A stretch of 64,000 bases of DNA from Porphyridium purpureum. Lineage: Eukaryota. Location: the NCBI GenBank assembly GCA_008690995.1, contig VRMN01000006.1, positions 620,001 to 684,000 on the forward strand. Direction: 5' to 3'. A program made the position numbers and the translations under genes. A model generated the notes under the pieces. It saw nothing but the letters and a program-made list of their open reading frames with translations, was not told the origin of the DNA and ran no database searches. Positions 32,801-41,397 of this stretch are shown here, one piece after another (positions within the stretch are counted from its first letter, which is position 1; each line of letters opens with the position of its first letter).

Positions 32801-33665
32801 CGCATGTGTGCGGCGCAATCGCGAGACCTTGCGCGAGATTGCCGACAAGGAGCTCAGTGCCGCGCGCGCTGGAAAAGGCTCGCACAGCTCTGCGGGGGAA
32901 GAAGTCGAAATGTCTATGGACTCGGTGGGAGGGACGCCAAAGCCGACCGGGCTGGGTGGTGTGTCAGGTAATGTCGATCCGAAAATGTCCACCAAGCCGA
33001 ACGGCATGTCTCCTGGCCCACGCGGTGAGCTCACGACATCAGGTAGGTCGAACGGCTTGGGTGCGTCGTCTAAAAGTGCCGAGCTTGCGGCATCGGGCCG
33101 TTCGGACGGATTTGGGCGAGCGGGTGCTGGTGCTAGAGGCCCGAGCGATCCTGCACCGGAGATCAATCCGTTGGGCACTGACCGCGTCTGCACGTCAACG
33201 TCTGGAGCAAGTATGGCCACGAGTCCCACCGCAGGTCCTGCAGGAAAAAGGCGCGCCTCGCAGATTTCCCTGGGGCGCATGTCTGGCATCGAAGGAAGCC
33301 GAGACGTGCAGGGCCAGACCGGAGCGACCGCAGAGGTCAGCGGCTCAGCGCGCCAGAGCTCGACGCGTATGATGTCCAAGATGGCGTCGATGGACACGCA
33401 AGTATTCAAGGACGTGGCCGCGAAAATCACAAGCCGCAAGCCAAAGCGCGTACGCGGAGAGCGACCTGTGTTCTTTGCGTTCTATGGTCAAGTGTTTTCG
33501 TCGGACTCGTCGTTTGACTTTTGGTCGAGGTGGAAGAAAGGGTGGGCGGAGCGGCGTGCGGCCAAGGCGGCCGCGCGCGCCGCCGCGCTCAAGACGGGTG
33601 TTTCCAGGACCAGCAGCACGGAGGACACTGAGCTGGACCTCCCCGAAGCGCTGCGCGAGGCGTGA
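26874..33665 (+). CDS. DUOX: Dual oxidase (heme-peroxidase-like ectodomain, TM, degenerate EF-hand region, ferric-reductase TM domain, FAD/NADPH-binding domain)
   Basis: DGAYNNIAHPEYG, FFGQQVVEEI, WIDGTLFYG, GNPRTNENP, AAMRFGHTLV, INIQRAREHG, QFLRIRDGDRFWFEN. Also LLPMCRNLIT, heme His pairs FHVI..LHVVGH and FWVIHH..LHGS, HPMTISSAP, DGPYGEGHQNW, GGGIGCTPF, VGVFACG. Confidence 0.95.
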   Translation: MDAYFRVTLPRSAAGGVKDIDDEGVYRDEEFEEAQFLDHVEQGTLRAVLTQQRIKKRFSAGGVFVITLLLMVSMLGPMLLVHTSMSTSRKRMHSSHLTAKRLLATHNNSSHVMRNAMLARQGGGPETSNIEWTPWDGAYNNIAHPEYGVVDARITRPCLPRYSDGAYQLSNPDGPNPRTVSELVMGGDTGHGSLTNKTAFLVFFGQQVVEEILDGQAFQSAEPYVNIPVPACDPLYDPDCKGNLFIPLPRNRYDLSTGNAPGVPRAQLNEISAWIDGTLFYGPFKAWADTLRAHDESRPGRFACLVDEKSGAENCNLPALNTIGLPIVNPPPPTLRDVRSAERFFRLGNPRTNENPMLLSFAVLWFRYHNVVADRIHGQYPEYDDEEVFLLARQWLIAVYQKIVFYDWLPGFLGLNRDEFMEEYRYRGYRSVDPAITQEFQVAAMRFGHTLVTPGAYRRDLHSCTAGSFESLRTCNSYFRGEEVLLEDDGPTRMLLGLASQLAEREDSTITPDLRGFVFGVALDATRRDLMAINIQRAREHGVGTYNQVRECFGLPRVESFDDISSLTENELFNTCTDAQGNTGVNCMKLAIEGLKTAYDNDIEKCDLWPCGLLEVNVTGPGPLFRAILLDQFLRIRDGDRFWFENDKAEAPIKKIMTPAQIDEIWNTTIRDVMVEALELDDDVVLQENPFKYDSSVCEQPYQLSEFNLEDCSAPSTYNWYRGNVPRRAAPAMSSSRLGQEGCEPDSLRKILFGSEDGPEHDDRLTLASQDDQLSMEQRAAAAGCPVYKAKTKLARLLIMQQVMMERVKTGLVKLSPNAGSVQRYVNYLSTDECGFITNADSLAQLAWTIAGIVMWLILNMVLVYGIVHWIRHRKQLRTAGGLAFSKSTKHIPLDIETNVSARASLRVQAASAKSMSRGKPRPTTGYGCLIYHSFTENSSLNGVSVQLGEPDQAHLFLFGTDGIDRGSLEDGPPTSSFKTGKDVGMGARTKTERASCVPLEVREILSGDITMISPGNIEELRLFDNFIMIKCKIGSARLFEFESPGKARTVARELLSIKGLKAQEANMATLEELVEDCMSRAERLDEINWFFEKVKRDIRIKCEQDASYKRTRSVADAAKDIADNQSPDEILADNPDLVHDTVHKVADYNMSKLVWYTNEELKSDSILGAERYGEPNSMGSPREFAGAAAASPHRNKGKRSTPSSPRLTAGGFISRRAVANALSGGLSKKGGVTGTRSKSKWGRSQGQHGSESSQFWRNHSRPDYADEDDVVFTKHEVAAVLRIHPSSFVLSRMFYEGSHTFSTIITARQFRRAVENLVLAGESPGRFLAGLAIAPGGNDEIDKELLMDIVRDLQGSGLGAGGMSLDGDQTDVLAVPMSRVDEKIISKYMNETDSPTLPMERFDKMIEEMQEKKLKYRAVGWQMYFRQTRRRAQEDMARENMSNVSVKLYSWRDSFVDVCKDHRLDIFWGTAYVITVALIFLYTWWYYYSLREVYGLRGILTVGLCVTRSSASVDMFVYSITLLPMCRNLITFLRSTRLHQYVPFDRAYEFHVITALTGEFFTALHVVGHCVNFYNITTQRSGDLTGYFRAVNWNSDFVPSFAFWMYETITGMTGLLLTFVIITMMVFAVPQVRSASFQLFWVIHHVCFTLLYTMIVLHGSYVLVQRPIFHFFLLGPLIIFILDKLYTFARESEKLQIVDMKLLPKGVTAIYVRVSPSFSYTSGQWARLKLPALGTTEFHPMTISSAPHESYLSFHVAAVGPWTRAVRELATETQGKPLSQMPTIRIDGPYGEGHQNWMLYDTVLLVGGGIGCTPFVSVLKDILHQVRIKAFRTTKVVAVFICKNLQDLAWITNEVSQLENNAPAGYLELLFFQTGQKRSGKESSLDAQNLAFEQAFQRHVEFISQIMANRSSLARVKGFVLDGRPQFDELLRDIQADRKANDEILESGSGARQTSELEVGVFACGSASMTLDLKRACVRRNRETLREIADKELSAARAGKGSHSSAGEEVEMSMDSVGGTPKPTGLGGVSGNVDPKMSTKPNGMSPGPRGELTTSGRSNGLGASSKSAELAASGRSDGFGRAGAGARGPSDPAPEINPLGTDRVCTSTSGASMATSPTAGPAGKRRASQISLGRMSGIEGSRDVQGQTGATAEVSGSARQSSTRMMSKMASMDTQVFKDVAAKITSRKPKRVRGERPVFFAFYGQVFSSDSSFDFWSRWKKGWAERRAAKAAARAAALKTGVSRTSSTEDTELDLPEALREA

Positions 33666-33919
33666 CGCGCCATGCCGCACCATACTGCACCACCATACTG
33701 CACATTAAATGTATCGCATGGATTCTGTTAGGAGCTTCGAAGCGCCACGTTGGTGCCTTTGCGCACAGAGCTTGTACAGTGCCGCTGTACCGCGGCATGC
33801 GTTTGCCGGTGTAAGCGCGCGCACGCGCCCTTTTTGGGCGCAGCGCGCGTGCTGCGCGGCGTGATGGCGTGTGCCCACGCGTCAGGCGACAAGGGGGGAA
33901 AGGGGACGTGCGTGCGTGC

Positions 33920-33942
33920 GTGTGTGTGTGTGTGTGTGTGTG
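33920..33942. repeat. (GT)n microsatellite upstream of the HDAC gene
   Basis: Direct reading. Confidence 0.9.
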
Positions 33943-34068
33943 TCCGCGAGAGCGTGCGTGTGGATATCGGCGCGCAGAGTGCATGGCGCAGCGGACGGCG
34001 CGCGGTGCCAGTGCTGCTTGTTGAGTGTACCGCGCCGGGTCGCGCGGTGGGATCGTGCGCGCGCGCCG

Positions 34069-36048
34069 ATGGACGGCTGGCGCGAGCGCGGCGCGCGCCG
34101 CAACCGCGTGTCCTTCTACTACGATCACGAGATCGGAAACTTTTACTACGCGCAGGGCCACCCCATGAAACCGCACCGCGTGCGCATGGCGTACGACCTC
34201 CTCGCCGCGTACGGCATGACGGAGAAGATGGAGGTGCTGCAGGCGCCCAGGGCAACAGACAAGGAGTTCACCCGCTTCCACGCCGACGAGTACGTCCACT
34301 TTCTCAAGACAATCTCGCCCGAGACGCTCAAGGACCACGCGCTGTCTGTCGCGCGCTTCAATACCATCGAAGACTGCCCCGTCTTTGACGGGCTCTGGGA
34401 GTTCTGCCAGATTTCCAGCGGCGGCTCGCTCGCCGCCGCGTCGCGCCTCATGTCGGGCCATGCGGACGTCGCCATCAACTGGGCTGGCGGCCTGCACCAC
34501 GCAAAGAAGGCGGAGGCGTCTGGATTTTGCTTCACAAACGACTGCGTGCTCGCCATGCTGGAGCTGCTCAAGGTGCACGCCCGCGTGCTGTACGTGGACA
34601 TTGACATCCACCACGGCGACGGCGTCGAAGAGGCCTTTTACACCACGGATCGCGTCATGACAGCCTCCTTCCACAAATTCGGAGACTACTTCCCCGGCAC
34701 GGGCTATGTCGGCGACATCGGCGCGGGCCGCGGTAAAAATTACTCGGTCAATTTCCCGCTGCATGACGGCATGGACAACGAAATGTACATACATGAGGTG
34801 TTTGTGCCCGTGATGGAAAAGGTGCTCGAGTGGTACAGGCCGGGCGCCGTCGTGCTCCAGTGCGGCGCCGATTCGCTTAGTGGCGACCGTCTAGGCTGTT
34901 TTAATCTGTCCACGCGCGGACACGGAGCGTGTGTCGACTTTTTCCTGCGCCAGAACTTACCGCTCATTCTGCTCGGTGGCGGAGGATACACTATTCGCAA
35001 CGTCGCGCGCTGCTGGACGTACGAGACCGCCCTGGCCATTGGGGAGACACTACCGGAAAGCCTGCCGTATAACGAATATTATGAGTTTTACGCGCCGGAC
35101 TTTCAGCTTCACACGACGCCGTCCAACATGGAGAATCTCAACTCGAAAGAGTATGTGCACAAGATCCGTACGCGACTACTGGAGCAGCTCCGGCACATGC
35201 CATTCGCACCGAGCGTGCAATTTCATCACGGGCCGCGCCCATTCGTGATGCCGCCGCCGGCCTCTCACCCAGATGTTCGCGAAACAGACGAGGAGAGGGC
35301 GCGCCGCCGGATACACCCGAGCGAGTATGTAGACGACGAAGCAGACAATGCCATGATGGACGGCAGCAATGCGTCTGGTCTGCCAGGGGCGCGTGAGAAG
35401 AAAATGAGGTTGGTGGACCATCCATTGCCAAGACAAGAAGGTCCTTCGCCACGCATCACCGCGCCATTGGAGGCACTACAGAAGGTCATGCCGACGGCTG
35501 TGTTTCCACCCATCGAATCTAAACTGCAGAAAACGTATGAAGAGATGGAGGTCAAGGTCGCAATTCCGCCCACGGCTGGAATCAGCAGCGGTGCGAGCCG
35601 AGCCCCTTCGACAATAGCCGCAAAAGAAGTGCCATCTGCCGAAGGCGAAGGGGCGAAAAAGGATGCTCCGGCGTCTGATAATGCGCCAGCAGGGGTGTCA
35701 GAAACAAAGCAAGCGACGGAGCCTCAGCACGGCTCAGGTTCCTCGCAAGCAGCAGTGCTCATCGCTCCTGACGAGCGGGAAGAAGAATCTCGGGAGGGCA
35801 AGGAAGCGAATGGCATGGATACTACCATGCAAGTGGATAGTAGCGTAGTACGCGAATATGCGGGGCCGAATGTCCAAGATCCGGAGCATGCTGACACGAA
35901 ACCTTCAACACCCGCCGCAGAGGCCAAGGGTGCGGAGAATGGGAAATCAGCACTCGAAGCGTCGGAAGCACATCCGGGAAATGGCCCGGCGGAAAGTGAA
36001 CCTATGGAAGTTGATACTGAGCCGTCCAAACCAGTCGACACATCATAG
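34069..36048 (+). CDS. Class I histone deacetylase (RPD3/HDAC1-like) with a long acidic low-complexity tail
   Basis: [71 protein letters not shown]. Confidence 0.97.
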   Translation: MDGWRERGARRNRVSFYYDHEIGNFYYAQGHPMKPHRVRMAYDLLAAYGMTEKMEVLQAPRATDKEFTRFHADEYVHFLKTISPETLKDHALSVARFNTIEDCPVFDGLWEFCQISSGGSLAAASRLMSGHADVAINWAGGLHHAKKAEASGFCFTNDCVLAMLELLKVHARVLYVDIDIHHGDGVEEAFYTTDRVMTASFHKFGDYFPGTGYVGDIGAGRGKNYSVNFPLHDGMDNEMYIHEVFVPVMEKVLEWYRPGAVVLQCGADSLSGDRLGCFNLSTRGHGACVDFFLRQNLPLILLGGGGYTIRNVARCWTYETALAIGETLPESLPYNEYYEFYAPDFQLHTTPSNMENLNSKEYVHKIRTRLLEQLRHMPFAPSVQFHHGPRPFVMPPPASHPDVRETDEERARRRIHPSEYVDDEADNAMMDGSNASGLPGAREKKMRLVDHPLPRQEGPSPRITAPLEALQKVMPTAVFPPIESKLQKTYEEMEVKVAIPPTAGISSGASRAPSTIAAKEVPSAEGEGAKKDAPASDNAPAGVSETKQATEPQHGSGSSQAAVLIAPDEREEESREGKEANGMDTTMQVDSSVVREYAGPNVQDPEHADTKPSTPAAEAKGAENGKSALEASEAHPGNGPAESEPMEVDTEPSKPVDTS

Positions 36049-36341
36049 CGAAGGGAGAGATTAAAAAGGACAAGAAATCGCGCCTATCAATTTTGTAAAG
36101 AGAACATGTGACTGCTTTAAATTCTCAGCTGACAAGCGACTGATCACAATGGCCGACTGTGACGCAATCCCGACTTGCTGCCTCGTTTTCTCCCTTGCTT
36201 CTGTACCGCGGAAGCGCACATTTAGAATGGTCCGGCAATGCAACTTGTGGCACGCGTACGCGCAATGTCCAAATGGAGCGCTGAGAACACCTGCGTTACA
36301 CATGCGACACGTTTACGCGGAATCTCTCGCTTGTTCTCCCA

Positions 36342-37112
36342 TCATTGCTCTGCGCTGCATGATACGAGCTTGCTCTTGAGACTGTCGTTTGCGACTTCGC
36401 GAGGGAGAAGCTCGGCATTGTTTCGGGCCATACGCAGCGCCTTGCCATGCTCACTTGTCCACAGGAGTAATGCGGCAGCCTCGTGTGCATTTTCACACGC
36501 CACATGCAACGCATTATCTCCCTCATTGTTAATTGGCCGTGTATCTGCTCCAGCGTCCATCAGCAGGGACATGACCGCGGTGTATCCGCTGCCAGCCGCG
36601 CGCATGAGCGGGGTATTCTGGTACTTGTCCTTTGCGTCCAGGTACGCGCCCGCCTGAATGAGCTCATTCACAACGGCTGCGTGTCCCTTTGAAGCTGCGC
36701 GGTGCAGCGCAGTAAGTCTTGCGTCGTTACTTCTTGCGTTGATGAGCTGCGTTTTGCGCTGCCTCTGCGGAAGCGCCTCGTGCAGCGGCATGAGTCTCTG
36801 CAGGAGCGCGCGCACGGTCGATAGCGCGCCGACAGTTGCTGCGACATGCAGCGGAGTCAGCCCCGCGCCGTCCGCGACGCGTACATCGCATCCAGCGCGC
36901 AACAACAGCTCCACCATCTCGCCGCCATTCTTATGCACGCACGCCTCATGCAGCAAGGTGCGTCCGTCTTCATCGGCCTCGTCCAGCATCAACGCCCCGT
37001 CCGCAACCCCGCTCCCAGCCGCACCTTTGCCCATCACCTTTTCCAGCTCGGACTCCACATATCCCACCTCATTCCGCTCCACGGCGCCCCTCAGATCCAT
37101 GCCAAGCCCCAT
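36342..37112 (-). CDS. Ankyrin-repeat protein (gankyrin/PSMD10-like)
   Basis: GRTLLHEAC, GLTPLHVAA, TALHRAASKGH, NTPLMRAA, GDNALHVACE. Confidence 0.85.
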   Translation of the reverse strand: MGLGMDLRGAVERNEVGYVESELEKVMGKGAAGSGVADGALMLDEADEDGRTLLHEACVHKNGGEMVELLLRAGCDVRVADGAGLTPLHVAATVGALSTVRALLQRLMPLHEALPQRQRKTQLINARSNDARLTALHRAASKGHAAVVNELIQAGAYLDAKDKYQNTPLMRAAGSGYTAVMSLLMDAGADTRPINNEGDNALHVACENAHEAAALLLWTSEHGKALRMARNNAELLPREVANDSLKSKLVSCSAEQ

Positions 37113-37903
37113 CCTTCCTTTCTCTCTTCCTCTTCTTCTCTGCTTGTCTTGCTCTCTCCCCTCCCGTCCGCGTCCGACTCGGGCTCCCTCCTCCACTTGG
37201 AGGTACAGTCATCTTCCACCAAACACTGAACCTTCACTGAACTTCCACTGAACACCAACAAAACGCCTGCTGTACCTTGTGCGATTGAAATTGCCGTCAC
37301 AAGAGGTACACTGAACGTTCAGTGAGCGGCCTTTTTTTTTTGAGACGCCGAGTCGCGTTGCGGCAAACGACTCGTTAAATTCGCACGCGCGCTGCCTGTG
37401 CGGCTCTAGGCTTGGCCGGCCGCTACAAACGCCTTTGGGTCTGCTTGGCGATTGCAGTCGCAGTCGTCTGCTGCGATGCGCCGCGGCGCGGAGTCGCAGT
37501 GTGGCATCGAGCGATGCACTGCACTGAAACGCTGTTGCGCACCCACTCACACACACGCACTCACGCATACACAACGGCATGCGCGCGGCATGCACTTTCA
37601 CGCGTCGGTGACTCCCATCAGCCGCACCGCGATCCGTTCCATTTTCCGACAGAGCCGTCTTCCAGTCTCATCTGTCGCGCGCAGAGTCCTGTTCCATCGC
37701 GGTCTTCACCACGTCCGCTCCCCGTGCCGTGCGCGCACCGCGTTTGGCGCGAAAGCGTGCTCGACACCCGTTTTTGGCGCGAACGGAGTCTATAGAAACA
37801 GTGGCGTTTTACTATAAATCCTGAAATACATTGGTCATAGGGGGGGGGTTGCAGGCGGGAAGGACATTTGGGACGTGCCGGTGTGGCTGGTGTGTCAAGG
37901 AGG

Positions 37904-38020
37904 GAGAGAGAGAGAGAGAGCGAGAGAGAGCGAGAGAGAGAGAGAGAGAGCGAGGAGTGTGAGGAAATAGATGAACGTGTGTCTCTGTCTGTCTCTGTCT
38001 CTGTCTGTCTCTGTCTGTCT
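37904..38020. repeat. (GA)n and (GTCTCT)n-type microsatellites upstream of MCM3
   Basis: Direct reading: GA run at about 37904-37950, GTCTCT/GTCT units at about 37980-38020. Confidence 0.9.
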
Positions 38021-38102
38021 TTGTGTTTGTGTGTGTGTTCAAGTGGGGTGAAAAGGTGGATAAAGTTTGGCGGGTGTGTGAGTGCGCGAGGAGAAAGGAA
38101 GC

Positions 38103-40724
38103 ATGGCGGGACAGGGCGGTCCGTCGGATCGGCTCGTGCATCATTTTACAGAGTATTTGCGGCAGCTGCTGGAGGAGGAAGGGAGTGTGGACGCATGGTT
38201 GGCGGGAGGTGATGATGGCGCTTCGCGTAAGAGGCGGTTCACGGTGAGTTTGGATCGGCTGCGTGCTTTTGATCCAGAGCTCGCGCAGGGGCTGCTCAAG
38301 CAGCCGCTCACGCACTTGGCCCCGTTTGATCAGGCGCTGCAGGATGTCGTCGCAGAGCTGATGCCCGAGCTCAAGTTTCAGGACCGCAGGCTGGCCGACT
38401 TTCGTGTCGGCATCGACGGCGCATTCGGAGGACATAAAGTCGGCCCGCGCACCCTCTCGTCGCAGCTGGTGGGCAACCTGGTCGCAGTCGACGGCATTGT
38501 CACGCGCTGCACCACAGTGAGGCCCAAGCTCGTGCGTTCAGTGCAGTATTGCCCACAAACCAAGACCTTTCACGACCAGTACTACAAGGACGCCGTTAGT
38601 CTGGCCAACTACGTCACGCTATCAAGCGTGATTCCTGTGGGCAGCTCGCTCAAGAACAAGGATTCAGAGGGCAACCCGCTTGAAATGGAGTACGGACTAT
38701 CATGGTTCAGCGACTCGCAACGCATCACGCTGCAAGAAATGCCCGAGTCGTCGCCTCCGGGCCAGCTACCGCGCTCCATTGAGGTTCTAGTCGAAAACGA
38801 TCTCGTCGACGAGTGCAAGCCGGGTGATCGCGTCTCCATTGTGGGCGTGTTCCGCGCGCTCGGCGGCGTGGGCGCAGCGTCCGGCAATGGTATCTTTAAG
38901 ACGGTCGTGGTAGCGAACAATGTGCGCCAGCTCGCCAAGAACTCGGGCACTGGCAAAGCGCTCAAAATCACCGCGAAGGACATTGAAAACATTCGCAAGC
39001 TCGCCGCGTCAGCCAGCGGCATTGACACGCTGGTGCGCTCCATTGCGCCGTCGATTTGTGGCTTTGGCGAGGTGAAGCGCGCACTTCTGCTGCTGCTACT
39101 CGGCGGCGCCGAAAAGAACCTGGAGAGCGGCACGCACTTGCGCGGAGACATCAACATATTGATGGTGGGTGACCCCTCCACAGCCAAGTCACAGCTGCTG
39201 CGCTTTGTGCTCAAAACTGCGCCGCTCGCCATTTCGACCACGGGTCGCGGCTCGTCTGGCGTGGGCCTGACGGCGGCAGTCAGCTCTGACCCGGAGACCG
39301 GAGAGCGCCATCTCGAGGCCGGCGCCATGGTGCTTGCGGATCGCGGCGTGGTGTGCATCGACGAGTTTGACAAGATGAGCGACGAGGACCGCGTCGCCAT
39401 CCACGAGGTGATGGAGCAGCAGACCGTCACCATTGCCAAAGCAGGCATCCACGCGTCGCTTAATGCGCGCTGCTCAGTGGTTGCAGCAGCAAACCCTCTG
39501 TACGGTTCGTACGACCGGGCGCGCAAACCGCACGAAAACATTGCGTTGCCCGACTCGCTGCTATCGCGTTTCGATCTGCTGTTTATTGTGCTCGACCAGA
39601 TCACGCCAGAGAACGACATGCGCGTGGCTGAGCACGTGCTACGCGTGCACCAGTGGCGTGGTAACCAGAGCGCGAACCTGGCCGGCGACGCACAGGAGAG
39701 CATTGCGGAGCTCGAGGCCGCCGCTGCCGTGAGCGCGTCGCAAAACCAGAACCACGACGGCACGTCACCCGTGTACGAGCGTGTTGCGGCACACTTGTAC
39801 TCTGGTTCGAGCGCAGCGCGTGGCAAGCGCACGCTCAGCATCGAGTTCCTGAAAAAGTATATCCAGTACGCCAAAAGCCGCATCAAACCGCAGCTGACGG
39901 CCGAGGCAGCCGAGTTCATATCGGCAGAGTACAGCGAGTTGCGCACGCAGCAACCCAACCTCAGCTTGCCCATCACCGCCAGAAGTCTCGAGACCATCAT
40001 CCGTCTGGCCACAGCTCATGCCAAGGCCCGGCTTAGCGGCACCGTGGAGAAAAAGGACGCCACCGCGGCGTGCGGCATTCTGAAGGCATCGCTGGGCATG
40101 CAGACTGAGCTGCAAAGCGAGGCCAAGGACCTCAAGAAGCGACGCGCGCAGAAGAAGAAGCGCGATCGTGACGCGCTGCTCGCTGCTGCGGGCGACGAGG
40201 GCGACCCGGCCTCTCCGGAAGAGGACGTCGCTGCGCAGGATGATAATAACAAGGTCGATGTCGCCTCCCCCAACAAGCGACCGCGCCCGACAAGAAGGGC
40301 GACTCAGGTCGAAGCACAATTTGGGGAAGACACTGAAGAAGAGGAGGATGAGGAGGATGGAGACGACGATGATGGTGACGAGGGCGCCGAACAGGCGACT
40401 GTCGAAATGGGCACAGAGACCGCGGATCTCAACGAGGCCGAGACGCAGCCGCCGTCCGTGTCGGACCCCATGCACGACGCGGCAGCACAAACCGGGCCGT
40501 CCTTGGACTCGCAGGATTCGATGTCGCTGGCTGATGCCAAGCAGCTGCTCCGATCGCACATCCTGGATCTCATGGGCCGGCATGCGTCGGTTTGCTCCAA
40601 ATCTGAGCTTCGGACGCGCGTTCGCGGCGACCTTCCTTCCGACGCTCTCTTTGAGCGGGCCCTGGAAAGCCTGGTTCAGGAAAACCTGATCCTCGTGCAC
40701 GACGACAGTGTCTTTCGCGTATAA
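38103..40724 (+). CDS. MCM3: DNA replication licensing factor MCM3
   Basis: QEMPESSPPGQLPRS, GDINILMVGDPSTAKSQLLR, IDEFDKM, AIHEVMEQQTVTIAKAGIHASLNARCSV, LLSRFDL, TARSLETIIRLATAHAK. Confidence 0.97.
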   Translation: MAGQGGPSDRLVHHFTEYLRQLLEEEGSVDAWLAGGDDGASRKRRFTVSLDRLRAFDPELAQGLLKQPLTHLAPFDQALQDVVAELMPELKFQDRRLADFRVGIDGAFGGHKVGPRTLSSQLVGNLVAVDGIVTRCTTVRPKLVRSVQYCPQTKTFHDQYYKDAVSLANYVTLSSVIPVGSSLKNKDSEGNPLEMEYGLSWFSDSQRITLQEMPESSPPGQLPRSIEVLVENDLVDECKPGDRVSIVGVFRALGGVGAASGNGIFKTVVVANNVRQLAKNSGTGKALKITAKDIENIRKLAASASGIDTLVRSIAPSICGFGEVKRALLLLLLGGAEKNLESGTHLRGDINILMVGDPSTAKSQLLRFVLKTAPLAISTTGRGSSGVGLTAAVSSDPETGERHLEAGAMVLADRGVVCIDEFDKMSDEDRVAIHEVMEQQTVTIAKAGIHASLNARCSVVAAANPLYGSYDRARKPHENIALPDSLLSRFDLLFIVLDQITPENDMRVAEHVLRVHQWRGNQSANLAGDAQESIAELEAAAAVSASQNQNHDGTSPVYERVAAHLYSGSSAARGKRTLSIEFLKKYIQYAKSRIKPQLTAEAAEFISAEYSELRTQQPNLSLPITARSLETIIRLATAHAKARLSGTVEKKDATAACGILKASLGMQTELQSEAKDLKKRRAQKKKRDRDALLAAAGDEGDPASPEEDVAAQDDNNKVDVASPNKRPRPTRRATQVEAQFGEDTEEEEDEEDGDDDDGDEGAEQATVEMGTETADLNEAETQPPSVSDPMHDAAAQTGPSLDSQDSMSLADAKQLLRSHILDLMGRHASVCSKSELRTRVRGDLPSDALFERALESLVQENLILVHDDSVFRV

Positions 40725-40879
40725 GCGCACGTACATGCTTTCGTGCAGAGCAACAGCAATAAACCATAACAAAAAAAAAACGTGTGCATCACCCCGACCA
40801 GTGGGTCTTGCCCTGATCTCGCGCACCGCTCGTACCACAGCCCACATCTTGAGCTCAACATCACAGCGCGCCCACTTTC

Positions 40880-41089
40880 TCACGAGATTGCGACGTAGTG
40901 GTTTTCCTCGTACAGCTTCTCGAGCTCCTCGCGAATGAGGTCCAATGCCCACGTGTGCACGAGCACGTGCGTTTCGTCCAGGTCGCAAATGATGAAGCGG
41001 TTTGGCGCGTGCTGCTCATCCAGATGACGCAGAAACTGCTTCATCGGCTCATCGCATGTCACCAGCGTGCCATACGTCGCGTTCACCAT
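40880..41089 (-). CDS. TFB5: TFIIH subunit p8 (TFB5/GTF2H5/TTD-A)
   Basis: 69 aa: MVNATYGTLVTCDEPMKQFLRHLDE..FIICDLDETHVLV. Confidence 0.92.
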   Translation of the reverse strand: MVNATYGTLVTCDEPMKQFLRHLDEQHAPNRFIICDLDETHVLVHTWALDLIREELEKLYEENHYVAIS

Positions 41090-41223
41090 GTCCAGGCTCG
41101 CAATGTCCAACGGCCAAACCTCACCCAACCCACCACCACCATTCCCTCTCCTTCTCTCTCTCCCCCTCCCCCTCACCCCGACACTTAAACTTTCTCCGAC
41201 CACCGAAAATACATTAATTACAG

Positions 41224-41231
41224 TATATAAA
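41224..41231 (+). promoter_or_regulatory. TATA box upstream of the permuted tRNA (candidate Pol III upstream promoter; may also serve the divergent TFB5)
   Basis: TATATAAA about 30 nt upstream of the predicted tRNA leader at 41263. Confidence 0.6.
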
Positions 41232-41278
41232 GTTTAATAACTCCTTCCGCAGCACATGCTTTGCATGGTGAACAAGGC

Positions 41279-41372
41279 ATGCCGCGATCCAGGGTTCAAA
41301 TCCCTGTATGCGCTTCTCCTCGAGTACTCGGGGAAGGCGCATGTGGCCAAGTGGTAAGGCGCGGCACTTGTA
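41279..41372 (+). tRNA. Circularly permuted tRNA-Thr(UGU): 3' half 41279-41314, 22-nt spacer, 5' half 41337-41372
   Basis: 5' half: GCGCATG-TG-GCCAAGTGGTAAGGC-G-CGGCA-CT-TGT-A. 3' half: A-TGCCG-CGATC-CAGGG-TTCAAAT-CCCTG-TATGCGC-T. Acceptor, anticodon and T stems all pair when the halves are joined at position 37/38. Confidence 0.92.
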
Positions 41373-41387
41373 CGTTCCGCCATGCGC

Positions 41388-41397
41388 TTTTCTTTTT
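41388..41397 (+). terminator. Pol III T-run terminator of the permuted tRNA
   Basis: TTTTCTTTTT immediately after the trailer sequence. Confidence 0.7.

Noticed and set aside
33589..34794. Long antisense ORFs (also 21062-21982, 32564-33439, 38609-40012, 39765-40988, 61512-62438, 62643-63416)
   Set aside because: These are shadow ORFs opposite well-supported genes, as expected with GC-rich codon usage.
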